A stretch of 64,000 nucleotides of DNA from Terriglobia bacterium (GTDB lineage Bacteria; Acidobacteriota; Terriglobia; JAJPHL01; JAPKYU01), in the NCBI GenBank assembly GCA_965223005.1, contig CBDCVK010000008.1, positions 64,001 through 128,000 on the forward strand. The letters are read 5' to 3'. Below, piece after piece: positions 18,948 to 27,587 of the stretch. The notes under the pieces were generated by a model. That model was not told the DNA's origin. It was given only the letters and a program-made list of their open reading frames with translations, and made no database searches. Position numbers and translations under genes: made by a program. The first letter of the stretch is position 1. Each line of letters opens with the position of its first letter.

Positions 18948-21209
18948 ATGAAAGTCTCTAACGCACGTTGGAAAGAACGGCTTGCCGGGAAGATGCCGGA
19001 TAGCTTGGCCCGCGAAGTGGACATCTTCGAAACGGAGATAGATTTGCGAAGACAGGGCAAAGTGGAAGAAAAACTCTTTGCGGAAACTCGGCTTCGCAGA
19101 GGTGTCTACGGACAACGCTATGACAACGGCCACCGGCACGATGGGCAGAAAGTCCAGGATCTCGCCTATCCTTCCAGACAACTGACCAAGGGCCCGAATA
19201 CGGTGTGGGATGCTCCCGGAATGCAGCGCATCAAGGTCCCTTATGGAGGACTTAATGCAGAGCAACTAGAGACTCTGGCGGATTTGGCCGAGGAATATTC
19301 CGATGGCATTGCGCATGTCACGACCCGGCAGGACTTCCAACTCCACTATGTCCAGATTGACGATACGCCCGCTTTGATGCGGCGGCTGGCCGCGGTCAAG
19401 ATCACCACCCGCGAGGCTTGTGGCAACTCGGTGCGCAATGTGACCGCTTGCCCCTACGCCGGCGTTTGCCCGGACGAGGCGTTCGACGTCACCCCGTATG
19501 CCCGCGCCCTTTCCCGATTCTTGCTGGGACATCCCGACGCGCAGAACTTCGGCAGGAAGTTCAAGCCGGCCTTCAGCGGCTGCCGGGACCAAGGCTGTGG
19601 CCTTACCAACATGCACGATCTGGGGTTGATCGCAGTCAAACGGAACGGTGGCGGAAAAGAAGAACGCGGATTTGAAATGTACGTCGGCGGTGGATTGGGG
19701 GCCGTTCCCTATCAGGCGAAGCTGTTTGACTCCTTCCTGCGGCCGGAGGAGCTTCTGCCGACAGCTCAGGCAATTGCCAGGGTCTTCGCGCGACAGGGGG
19801 AGAAGAAAAACCGCAATCGGGCCCGTATCAAATTCCTGGTCCATGACCTGGGGATTGAGAAATTCAAGGAGCTGGTGCTCGAGGAGCGCAAGAATCTGCC
19901 TCCGGATGCCCGATGGAACGATTCCCTGGAGGGCGCTGAGCAGGAGTCGGAAGGAGCTCTCCGACCCGGAGGGAAACTGCCGGCCGGAGGCTCGGAAGAC
20001 TTCCGGCGCTGGGTGGAAACCAATACTCGCCGGCAGAAGCAGGAGGGATATGTCGTGGCCACGGTGGCGCTTCCCCTGGGAGATCTCACCTCGCTACAAC
20101 TCCGTGCTTTGGCCGACATCGTCCGCCGGTTCACAAAAGAAACCATCCGCACGACTGTGGAACAGAATTTCGTTCTCCGCTGGATCAGTCAAAGCGATTT
20201 GCCCGGACTCTATCGAGCATTAAAGGAGGCCGGCCTGGCAGAGCCGGGCGCGGGCACCCTCGTGGACATTGTCGCCTGCCCCGGCACCGATACCTGCAAA
20301 CTCGGGATTTCCTCCTCGCGCGGGCTGGCCGCCGAGTTGCGGAAACGACTGGCCGAGAAATGCTTTCAACTGGATGAGGCCGTTCAAAGCCTACACATCA
20401 AAGTCAGCGGCTGCTTTAACAGCTGCGGGCAGCACCACGTCGCCGACCTGGGCTTTTACGGCGTCAGCCGCAAGCTGGCGGGCCATGCCGTACCGCACTT
20501 TCAGGTCGTTCTCGGCGGTGAGTGGACCCACAATGCCGGCTCCTATGGCCTGGCCATTGTAGCGATCCCCTCCAGAAGAATTCCGGAAGTGGTCACCCGC
20601 ATTACCGAACGCTATGTCTCCGGCCGAAAGAACGGAGAAGGCTTTCAGGAGTTCATTAAGCGAATCGGCAAGGCGGAATTAAAGAAAATGCTGGAAGATC
20701 TTGCCCAGCCACTCGACCCGGCGACCGATCGCTCCTTTTTCCAGGACTGGGGTGACCCCCGGGAGTACAGCCTGGGCGACCTCGGCATCGGCGAATGCGC
20801 CGGGGAGGTGGTGAGCTCTATCGAGTTCGGCCTGGCGGCCGCAGAACGCGAAGTCTTCGAGGCGCAGGTGGCGCTGGAAAGTGGCGAAACGGAGAAGGCC
20901 AGAGAGACGGCGTATCAATCCATGCTCCATGCTGCCAAAGCACTCGTCCGAATCGAGTACCTGGATGTTTCCGACGACTCGGATAAGATTGTCCAGCAAT
21001 TCCGCACCCGCTTCTACGACACGCAGAAGTTCTTCGATCCTTTTGCCGGCGGTAAGTTCGCCCACTACCTGTTTGCCGCTCACCGAAAGGCCGAGGATCC
21101 ATACACGCCGGAGGCCACCCACCACTTGATCGAGGAGGCGCAACTGTTCATCGAGGCTTCGCACAGTTGCTACAGCCGCATGGCCACCCCGGCTGGCGCC
21201 AGGGCGTAG
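18948..21209 (+). CDS. Siroheme-[4Fe-4S] sulfite/nitrite reductase with C-terminal HEPN-like helical domain
   Basis: RLRRGVYGQR, HVTTRQDFQ, ACGNSVRNVT, CPGTDTC...SGCFNSCGQH; C-terminal AYQSMLHAAKAL segment is HEPN-like. Confidence 0.88.
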   Translation: MKVSNARWKERLAGKMPDSLAREVDIFETEIDLRRQGKVEEKLFAETRLRRGVYGQRYDNGHRHDGQKVQDLAYPSRQLTKGPNTVWDAPGMQRIKVPYGGLNAEQLETLADLAEEYSDGIAHVTTRQDFQLHYVQIDDTPALMRRLAAVKITTREACGNSVRNVTACPYAGVCPDEAFDVTPYARALSRFLLGHPDAQNFGRKFKPAFSGCRDQGCGLTNMHDLGLIAVKRNGGGKEERGFEMYVGGGLGAVPYQAKLFDSFLRPEELLPTAQAIARVFARQGEKKNRNRARIKFLVHDLGIEKFKELVLEERKNLPPDARWNDSLEGAEQESEGALRPGGKLPAGGSEDFRRWVETNTRRQKQEGYVVATVALPLGDLTSLQLRALADIVRRFTKETIRTTVEQNFVLRWISQSDLPGLYRALKEAGLAEPGAGTLVDIVACPGTDTCKLGISSSRGLAAELRKRLAEKCFQLDEAVQSLHIKVSGCFNSCGQHHVADLGFYGVSRKLAGHAVPHFQVVLGGEWTHNAGSYGLAIVAIPSRRIPEVVTRITERYVSGRKNGEGFQEFIKRIGKAELKKMLEDLAQPLDPATDRSFFQDWGDPREYSLGDLGIGECAGEVVSSIEFGLAAAEREVFEAQVALESGETEKARETAYQSMLHAAKALVRIEYLDVSDDSDKIVQQFRTRFYDTQKFFDPFAGGKFAHYLFAAHRKAEDPYTPEATHHLIEEAQLFIEASHSCYSRMATPAGARA

Positions 21210-21234
21210 CCAGGGCGCTAGCGAAGATGCCCTT

Positions 21235-21810
21235 ATGGAACTCCAGCACGTCAACGTAAAGCTCTACGTGGAGAATCCAAAGGGAACTGACCTAGAGGTG
21301 TTGATTCCAGTCTTTCACAACTGGATCCAGGATCAGGTGTGTGAGGAATTGTTGATCGATGTGGCCGATTACCGGCACGTTCATCGGGGTCCGGGAGTGG
21401 TCCTGATCGGCCATGAAGCCAATTACAGTCTGGACAATGCAGATAACCGGCTGGGCGTTCGCTACAATCGCAAGGCTCCCATAGCCGGCAGCAATCAAGA
21501 CCGCTTCGTGCAAGCCACCCGGGCGGCGCTGACCGCCTACAGACGTCTAGATTCCGATCCGCGGATTCAGGGAAAATTTCTTCTGAACGGTCAGGAGCTG
21601 GAGCTATTTGTGAACGACCGACTGCTGGCTCCGAACCTTGAGAAAACCTACCAGGCTGCGAAGCCGGAACTGGAAGGCTTTTTCGGGAAACTCTTTGCGG
21701 GAAGCGGTTACTCGGTGGCGCACAATGGCCACCCTCGGAATCTGTTCTCGGTCGAAGTCCAGGCTTCCAGGCCCTTCACAGCAAGCGAATTGCTCAAGAA
21801 CCTATCCTGA
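21235..21810 (+). CDS. Hypothetical protein co-transcribed with the reductase
   Basis: 191-aa ORF 25 bp downstream; protein-like composition (IPVFHNWIQ, LIDVADYRHVHRGPGV). Confidence 0.75.
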   Translation: MELQHVNVKLYVENPKGTDLEVLIPVFHNWIQDQVCEELLIDVADYRHVHRGPGVVLIGHEANYSLDNADNRLGVRYNRKAPIAGSNQDRFVQATRAALTAYRRLDSDPRIQGKFLLNGQELELFVNDRLLAPNLEKTYQAAKPELEGFFGKLFAGSGYSVAHNGHPRNLFSVEVQASRPFTASELLKNLS

Positions 21811-21925
21811 CCATTTGACGCACGCCCTCAAAGATTCTCCACGGCGTGAATGGTCTTGTGGTCCCTCGTCAATTCGGGATGCCAAACAGGAAACGCCATT
21901 GGCGATCGGACCTTGAGTCAACTGC

Positions 21926-22591
21926 TCAAGGCTTACGAACGACAACGCAAAAGCGTTGCTCAGGCCAAGACCACCAGGTATCTATGGTGTGCTCAAGTTG
22001 GAACCCTGCGTCTCTGAGCTCCTGGATGAGAACATCCATGGGCATACCATGTCCGCCACGGTTTTCCGGCACTCCATCCGGTGTCGAGAGCCAGAATCGC
22101 CAAACGCGCGGCTCAAAGTCGATGACCGCAAGCTGGCCACCGTCACGAAGCGCTTCGTAGGCACTACGGTTCATCGCCGTGGGATCAGTGAAGTGATGAT
22201 AGACCTTCGACATGAAAATCGCGTCACAGCATGCCGCCGGCAGATTCGTGTCCGCCTCCTCACCGCCAACGACGGTCATGTTCGCAAAGCCGGCTGACGC
22301 AATATTGTTCCGAAGCTCTTCTAGGATAGATCCTTCCAGCTCTGTAGCGTAGACGTGACCAGCGGGGCCCACGTGCTCGGCCACCCGGATAGTCATTCGG
22401 CCTTTGCCAGCACCGATTTCCGCTACTGTGGTGCCGGGCTCTAACTCCAGCAACTCGATCAAGCGCGTCACCTCAGGGCGGGGATAAGCATCGCGGTAAG
22501 CGCCTATCGCATAGAGTCCTCCGGCCAGAGCGACCAGCAGCAACAGCGGCCATCTCAGCTTCTTTAGGATGTGTGCAGGTTGAACTCTCAT
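21926..22591 (-). CDS. Class I SAM-dependent methyltransferase
   Basis: N-terminal TM segment; VAEIGAGKG, VYHHF, LRDGGQLAVIDF. Confidence 0.85.
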   Translation of the reverse strand: MRVQPAHILKKLRWPLLLLVALAGGLYAIGAYRDAYPRPEVTRLIELLELEPGTTVAEIGAGKGRMTIRVAEHVGPAGHVYATELEGSILEELRNNIASAGFANMTVVGGEEADTNLPAACCDAIFMSKVYHHFTDPTAMNRSAYEALRDGGQLAVIDFEPRVWRFWLSTPDGVPENRGGHGMPMDVLIQELRDAGFQLEHTIDTWWSWPEQRFCVVVRKP

Positions 22592-22668
22592 CGGCGGCGA
22601 CTGGACTTCGAGCGACCTGAGCTATCGTTCGACGTTGGAGCTCCCCGACGGCTCGCTTCTGACGGACC

Positions 22669-24405
22669 TCAAATGACCGGGGTCTCCCGGTACGTGCCCC
22701 AGATCTGCCTGAGCGTCTCCACGATATCGCCCATGGTGGCGCCCGTCTTCACCAGCTCGATCGTGGTTGGCATGATATTTTGGTTCTCGTCCCTGGCCAC
22801 CCGCTGCAACTCCTCTAAGAGCTGCGCAACCTTCTGATTGTCGCGCTCGCAACGAACCTTTTGAAGGGCCTGGAACTGGCGGCGCTCGGTTTCTGGATCA
22901 TAGGGATGGGCGTCAAGATCCAGCTTCTCATCTTTCTCTACATGTTTATTGACACCAATGACGTTGTGCTCACCCCGGGCTTTTTTCAGTGCCGTCCGAT
23001 AGGCCGTGTCGGCGATTTCTCGCTGGAACCAACCATCCTCGATCGCCTGAATCGCGCCACCCATGGCGTCCACTTTGTCCAGGATCGTGAAAATTTCCCG
23101 TTCCATTTGTGTGGTCAGGCTCTCCACAAAGTAAGAGCCCCCCAAAGGGTCGACCACCGAGGTGATGTTGGTCTCGTCGGCAATGACCTGCTGCGTTCGC
23201 AAAGCCAGCTTCATCGCCTCCTCGGTGGGGATGGTGAACGCTTCGTCGAATCCATTTGTATGCAGACTTTGCGCACCCCCCAGAACGCCAGCCAGCGCCT
23301 GGAAGGCAGTACGGAGCAGATTGACTTTGTACTGCGGCTTGGTGAGCGTGGCTGCCGAAGTCTGGCAGTGGAAGCGCAGCCGCATGGACTCGGGCTTCTT
23401 TGCGCCGAAGCGTTCCCTCATGATCTTGGCGTACACGCGGCGCAGCGCACGGAACTTGGCGATCTCTTCAAAAAAATCCGCCTGGCTGACAAAGTAGAAC
23501 GAGAGCCGCGGCGCGAAGCTGTCCACGTCCACTCCGGCTTTGATCACCTCCTCCACGTAGGCTACGGCGTTCGCCAGGGTGAAACCACTTTCCTGCACCG
23601 CGTTGGCCCCGGCCTCGGAGATGTGGTAACCGGAGATGTTGATCGGGTTGTAGCGCGGCAGGTGGCGGGTGCTGTACACAATGGTGTCCCGCACAACGCG
23701 CATCGAGGGACGAACAGGATAAATCCACTCTTTCTGGGCCACATACTCCTTCAGGATGTCGTTCTGGATGGTCCCGGAGAGCTGGCCTGGGTCATAGCCG
23801 TGCTTTTCCGCCAGCGCGATGTACATGGCGAAGAGGATCCAGGCCGTAGGGTTGATGGTCATGGACACCGAAATCTGGGTAAGATCAATCCCCTCGAACA
23901 GAGCCTCCATGTCGGCCAGTGTGTCAATGGCCACACCCTCGCGTCCCACCTCTCCATGCGACATCGGGTGATCGGAGTCGTAGCCCATGAGAGTCGGCAT
24001 GTCGAAATCGGTCGAAAGGCCTGTCTGCCCTTGCGAGATCAGGTACTGGAACCGGGCATTCGTATCCGCACCCGTGCCGTAGCCGGCGATCTGCCGCATG
24101 GTCCACAGGCGACCTCGGTACATGGTCGGATAGGGTCCACGGGTGAAGGGGTATTGTCCCGGCAACCCGATGTCTTCGAGTGAAGTTTCCTTGAGATCCA
24201 GGGCAGTGTAGACCCGCTGGAGGGGCGACCCGGCCAGAGTCCGGTACTCAGCGCGGCTTTCCGGCTGGCGCTTCAGAAAAGCCGCAAGCTCGCCCTCCTC
24301 CCACCCGCGCACGCGATCCTCCCACCGCGCGATTTCCGCCGCTGCCTTAGCGTCTTTGCTGTCGGCTACAGCGCGCCTATCTTTGCGGTCTTCCTTGCCT
24401 GCCAT
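22669..24405 (-). CDS. hcmA: 2-hydroxyisobutyryl-CoA mutase large subunit (acyl-CoA mutase family)
   Basis: PFTRGPYPTMYRGRLWTMRQIAGYG (Ile where MCM has Tyr and ICM has Phe), GLSTDFDMPTLMGYDSD, GTIQNDILKEY. Start MAGKE at 24405 after GAGGG. Confidence 0.85.
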   Translation of the reverse strand: MAGKEDRKDRRAVADSKDAKAAAEIARWEDRVRGWEEGELAAFLKRQPESRAEYRTLAGSPLQRVYTALDLKETSLEDIGLPGQYPFTRGPYPTMYRGRLWTMRQIAGYGTGADTNARFQYLISQGQTGLSTDFDMPTLMGYDSDHPMSHGEVGREGVAIDTLADMEALFEGIDLTQISVSMTINPTAWILFAMYIALAEKHGYDPGQLSGTIQNDILKEYVAQKEWIYPVRPSMRVVRDTIVYSTRHLPRYNPINISGYHISEAGANAVQESGFTLANAVAYVEEVIKAGVDVDSFAPRLSFYFVSQADFFEEIAKFRALRRVYAKIMRERFGAKKPESMRLRFHCQTSAATLTKPQYKVNLLRTAFQALAGVLGGAQSLHTNGFDEAFTIPTEEAMKLALRTQQVIADETNITSVVDPLGGSYFVESLTTQMEREIFTILDKVDAMGGAIQAIEDGWFQREIADTAYRTALKKARGEHNVIGVNKHVEKDEKLDLDAHPYDPETERRQFQALQKVRCERDNQKVAQLLEELQRVARDENQNIMPTTIELVKTGATMGDIVETLRQIWGTYRETPVI

Positions 24406-24603
24406 GGCTTCACCCTCGTTTCCGATCACTAGCTCGACACCATCCCCCAACTCCAGCCCGCGCCCGCAATGTTCGTGCAAGTAATAACGCTACCGGGGAC
24501 TTGAGTCAGACAAAAAGTTTAGCCACTACCTGCAGATCATTGTCCCGTAGGAAGGCACGATCCATCACGCCTGCGAGTGCCGGAACGGATCCCGCACGCC
24601 GAT

Positions 24604-26025
24604 TCACCCGGTTTGACTTTCATATTTTCGAAACAGGTCGCGGTCGTCGATGACGCGCCGTGCTTTGAAGTCGGTCCGCGCAATGGTGTTGGCCTGCACC
24701 ACATCCACCTTCGCCCGGACCCCCAGGACCCGCTGCAAGTCGCGTTCCGTCTGCTTGCGAAAACCCGCTACCGCTTGGTCCCCTTGCTCGTAAATCGATG
24801 GCTGAACCTCGACTCGCACCACCAACTCGTCCATCGAGGTTTCCCGAGTAATGACGATGCGGTGCTCGCCGCCGTATCCCGGCAGTTCGTTGAGCACGGC
24901 GTCGATGGCGCTGGGATAAATGTTCTCGCCGCGAATGGTAAACATGTCGTCAATTCGCCCATACATACCGCGGGGCAGCTGCGGGTAGGTTCGCCCGCAC
25001 GGCGTTCGCCCGTCCACCCACCGGGTAAGATCCCCGGACAGCAGGCGGATCATCGGCTGCGAGGTGCGTTCCAAGTGCGTATAGACAGGAGTGCCTTCCT
25101 CGCCGTAAGGAACGCGGCGAAGGTTCTTGGGGTCACACACCTCGGTGTAAACAAAGTCTTGCCACAGGAGCATGCCTTCGTGACTCTCCCAGCTTCCCGC
25201 GCCGTTCATCCAGGGCGTCAGTTCAGCCATCGTACCGCAGTCGATCACTCGGGCCCCATAAACGTCCTCGATGCGTTTGCGAATGCCGGGAATCGAGGCT
25301 CCTGGCTCACCCGAGAAGAACATCAACTTCAGCCGAAAATCGAGCGGATTGTAGCCCTCCTCCTCAGCCACCTCGGCGAGGTGCAAGGCGTAGGAGGGCG
25401 TGCCGTAGAAAGCGGTCGGCTTCACCAGCTTCATCCACATCGCCGCCCGAGCCGTCATCCCTGGCACACCCGCCCCGAACGGGAAACACTTCGCCCTCAG
25501 CCGCTCCGCCCCCGCTAGCGTGCCCCATGAGCCCATGTACAGGCTGAATACACCAGCAATGAACACCGTGTCGCCCGGGCGAATGCCCATCCCCCACATC
25601 ACCCGAGCCTGGGCGTTGGCGATGGCGTCCCAGTCGCTACGGCCGATAGCGAAGGCGGTGGGCCGACCGGTCGTACCTGACGTCCCATGGATGTGATGGA
25701 TTTCTGACTCCGGGATGCATAGAAAATCACCGAACGGCGCGGCGCGCTCCTGGGATTCTCTGAGCTCTGTCTTGGTGACAACCGGCACGCGCTCGAAATC
25801 CTCGAGGCTTTGAATGCGGTCCGGATGGACGCCGGCTTCATCCCATTTTTGCCTGTAGAAGGGCGCCTTTCCGTAAGCGTAGTGCATGACCTGCCGGATG
25901 CGCCCGAGGATCGCCTGTTCCCGCTCCTGCGGATCCATCGTTTCCCGCACGGGAAACCAATACCGGTTCCCCAGCTCAGGAATATAGTGGGGATCATATT
26001 GCGGCGGAAAGGACCAGTATTCCAT
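24604..26025 (-). CDS. hcl: 2-hydroxyisobutyrate-CoA ligase (phenylacetate-CoA ligase family)
   Basis: MEYWSFPPQY..RYWFPVRETM, HIHGTSGTTGRP, FSLYMGSWG, GRIDDMFTIRGENIYP; lies between hcmB and hcmA. Confidence 0.82.
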   Translation of the reverse strand: MEYWSFPPQYDPHYIPELGNRYWFPVRETMDPQEREQAILGRIRQVMHYAYGKAPFYRQKWDEAGVHPDRIQSLEDFERVPVVTKTELRESQERAAPFGDFLCIPESEIHHIHGTSGTTGRPTAFAIGRSDWDAIANAQARVMWGMGIRPGDTVFIAGVFSLYMGSWGTLAGAERLRAKCFPFGAGVPGMTARAAMWMKLVKPTAFYGTPSYALHLAEVAEEEGYNPLDFRLKLMFFSGEPGASIPGIRKRIEDVYGARVIDCGTMAELTPWMNGAGSWESHEGMLLWQDFVYTEVCDPKNLRRVPYGEEGTPVYTHLERTSQPMIRLLSGDLTRWVDGRTPCGRTYPQLPRGMYGRIDDMFTIRGENIYPSAIDAVLNELPGYGGEHRIVITRETSMDELVVRVEVQPSIYEQGDQAVAGFRKQTERDLQRVLGVRAKVDVVQANTIARTDFKARRVIDDRDLFRKYESQTG

Positions 26026-26062
26026 TCCTTGTCTACCGTGTGGAGGCTTCCAAAGACAGCCC

Positions 26063-26461
26063 TCAACGCGGGAGGCGCTCCGCGACCAGACGCCGGACCG
26101 TGTTGACAATTGTCTCGGGCGGCGTATCCTGGAGCAGGACTTCCGCCACCCCCATTTTCTTGAGCGCTGTCAAGTCCCCTTCCGACATAACGCCGCCCGC
26201 CACAAGGATGATGTCCTGCGCCTTTCTGGCCTTCAGCAGGTCGAGGATCCGTGTCAGGATCGTCATGTGCGCCCCGGACAGTACGCTGACGCCCAGCACG
26301 TCCACGTCCTCCTGAATCGCCGCGGAGACCACCTCTTCGGGCGTTCGGTGCAGCCCCGTGTAAATCACTTCCATACCGGCGTCTCGAAGGCAGCGGGCAA
26401 CGATCTTCACTCCGCGATCGTGACCGTCAAGCCCCACTTTGGCGATTAGGACGCGGATCAC
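26063..26461 (-). CDS. hcmB: Cobalamin-binding small subunit of acyl-CoA mutase
   Basis: IRVLIAKVGLDGHDRGVK (DxHxxG), VLLQDTPP. Confidence 0.88.
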   Translation of the reverse strand: MIRVLIAKVGLDGHDRGVKIVARCLRDAGMEVIYTGLHRTPEEVVSAAIQEDVDVLGVSVLSGAHMTILTRILDLLKARKAQDIILVAGGVMSEGDLTALKKMGVAEVLLQDTPPETIVNTVRRLVAERLPR

Positions 26462-26759
26462 ATCAGTCTCTGGAGTGTTTCATCACGCTGCACAACGGTT
26501 CTTTTGCGCGCAAACGACCCGAAAGGGCCGAATTGCTGGCAAAGCTCCATCGAACGCAAGCTCCTGAAGCCCTTTTTACAATCGCGAGGCAATAGACGCG
26601 CAAGCATCCGTTTCACCGGTGCCATCCAAACTCTATGCGAACTACATCCTCAACCCCTTGGGGGGTCTGGTCAATAGCAAATGTTGCCCATATGATCCGC
26701 ACACCACATTGGATGTACATGGTCCAGGTTCTATCTCTGTCTAGGCGTCGTCTTTCGAG

Positions 26760-27047
26760 AACGCGGCACGAAAGGGGCCGGGCCTTGCTTCGGCTCCCTC
26801 CGGACTTCGTGGTACACTCATCGAGGCATACGTTGCTGACCGTTTGGGCGAAGCTGGGGCGGACGCCTTTACAATCACGCGGATCGCGGGACACAGCAGG
26901 TCGGCCAAATTTCAGAGGTACGTACACCCCAGCCCGGAATCGCTTGAAGGCGCCTTCGCCCGGCTACATGCTCCGACCGAAAGGGCCACCAAGGGCTATC
27001 TGAGGCGTAGGAACTGCAGCTACCCGCTACAGTTTTCACTACAGTAG
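26760..27047 (+). pseudogene. Tyrosine recombinase (phage integrase) C-terminal remnant
   Basis: LPPDFVVHSSRHTLLT, then a frameshift at ~26841 into (R)LGEAGADAFTITRIAGHSRSAKFQRYVHPSPESLE. The HxxR, GH and catalytic Y motifs are present; no N-terminal part. Confidence 0.8.
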
Positions 27048-27095
27048 GGGAAGGGGCAGAAAGCACGCTCAGCTAAGTGCCTTGTTTTGAAGCTT

Positions 27096-27182
27096 GCGGA
27101 AGTGGCGGAACGGCAGACGCAGCGGACTCAAAATCCGCCGCCCCTCGCGGGCATGAGGGTTCAAATCCCTCCTTCCGCACCA
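27096..27182 (+). tRNA. tRNA-Leu(CAA)
   Basis: GCGGAAGTGGCGGAACGGCAGACGCAGCGGACTCAAAATCCGC...GGGTTCAAATCCCTCCTTCCGCACCA; long variable arm, encoded CCA. Confidence 0.96.
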
Positions 27183-27346
27183 AATTTCATATGGGTTAGT
27201 GGAAGCCCTTCAGAAGCAACGCGGACTTCCCTCACCGCGGGTCACCAAGCTGAGGCGGTCGAGTGTCTGGTACCCGAAACTCGCACGTCTACTCGCACCT
27301 ACACATTTGTGGAAAAACCGGACTGGCCCCAAGTGATTGAGGAAGT

Positions 27347-27422
27347 TGGTGGCGGCGGTGCGACTCGAACGCACGACCTAGGGATTATGAGACCCTCGCT
27401 CTGCCGACTGAGCTACGCCGCC
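27347..27422 (-). tRNA. tRNA-Met(CAT), elongator type
   Basis: Reverse complement GGCGGCGTAGCTCAGTCGGCAGAGCGAGGGTCTCATAATCCCTAGGTCGTGCGTTCGAGTCGCACCGCCGCCACCA; G1:C72 paired, so not an initiator. Confidence 0.95.
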
Positions 27423-27587
27423 TGCAGGGAGTCGGCTTAACACCCTTCATACCTATGCTAGCGGAGACGAACCCGAGGTGTCAAAGGACTGCCGGCACGC
27501 AGCCGCTCCTGCCGCGAGAGGCCGGCAGTCGAACCCGAGAAGGGCAAAGGAGCCGAACCCTTGCCGCCGCTGCCCCTTGTTCCGGCG

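Noticed and set aside
22861-24183. Long antisense ORFs (e.g. 22861-24183+, 35988-37274-, 53172-54386-, 12384-13385-)
   Set aside because: Shadow ORFs opposite well-supported genes, expected from high-GC codon bias; no motifs.
22669-24405. Ordinary methylmalonyl-CoA or isobutyryl-CoA mutase
   Set aside because: The specificity residue is Ile (RQIAG), not Tyr or Phe, and the HCL-like ligase is interposed.
24406-26760. Cobalamin riboswitch near the B12-dependent mutase genes
   Set aside because: No recognisable GGGAA...GCCACTG B12-box arrangement on the coding (minus) strand in either intergenic region by eye.
26613-26927. Minus-strand 104-aa ORF upstream of hcmB
   Set aside because: Largely antisense to the integrase remnant, with no recognisable domain or RBS.
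27087-27440. 117-aa ORF
   Set aside because: Overlaps both tRNA genes; spurious.
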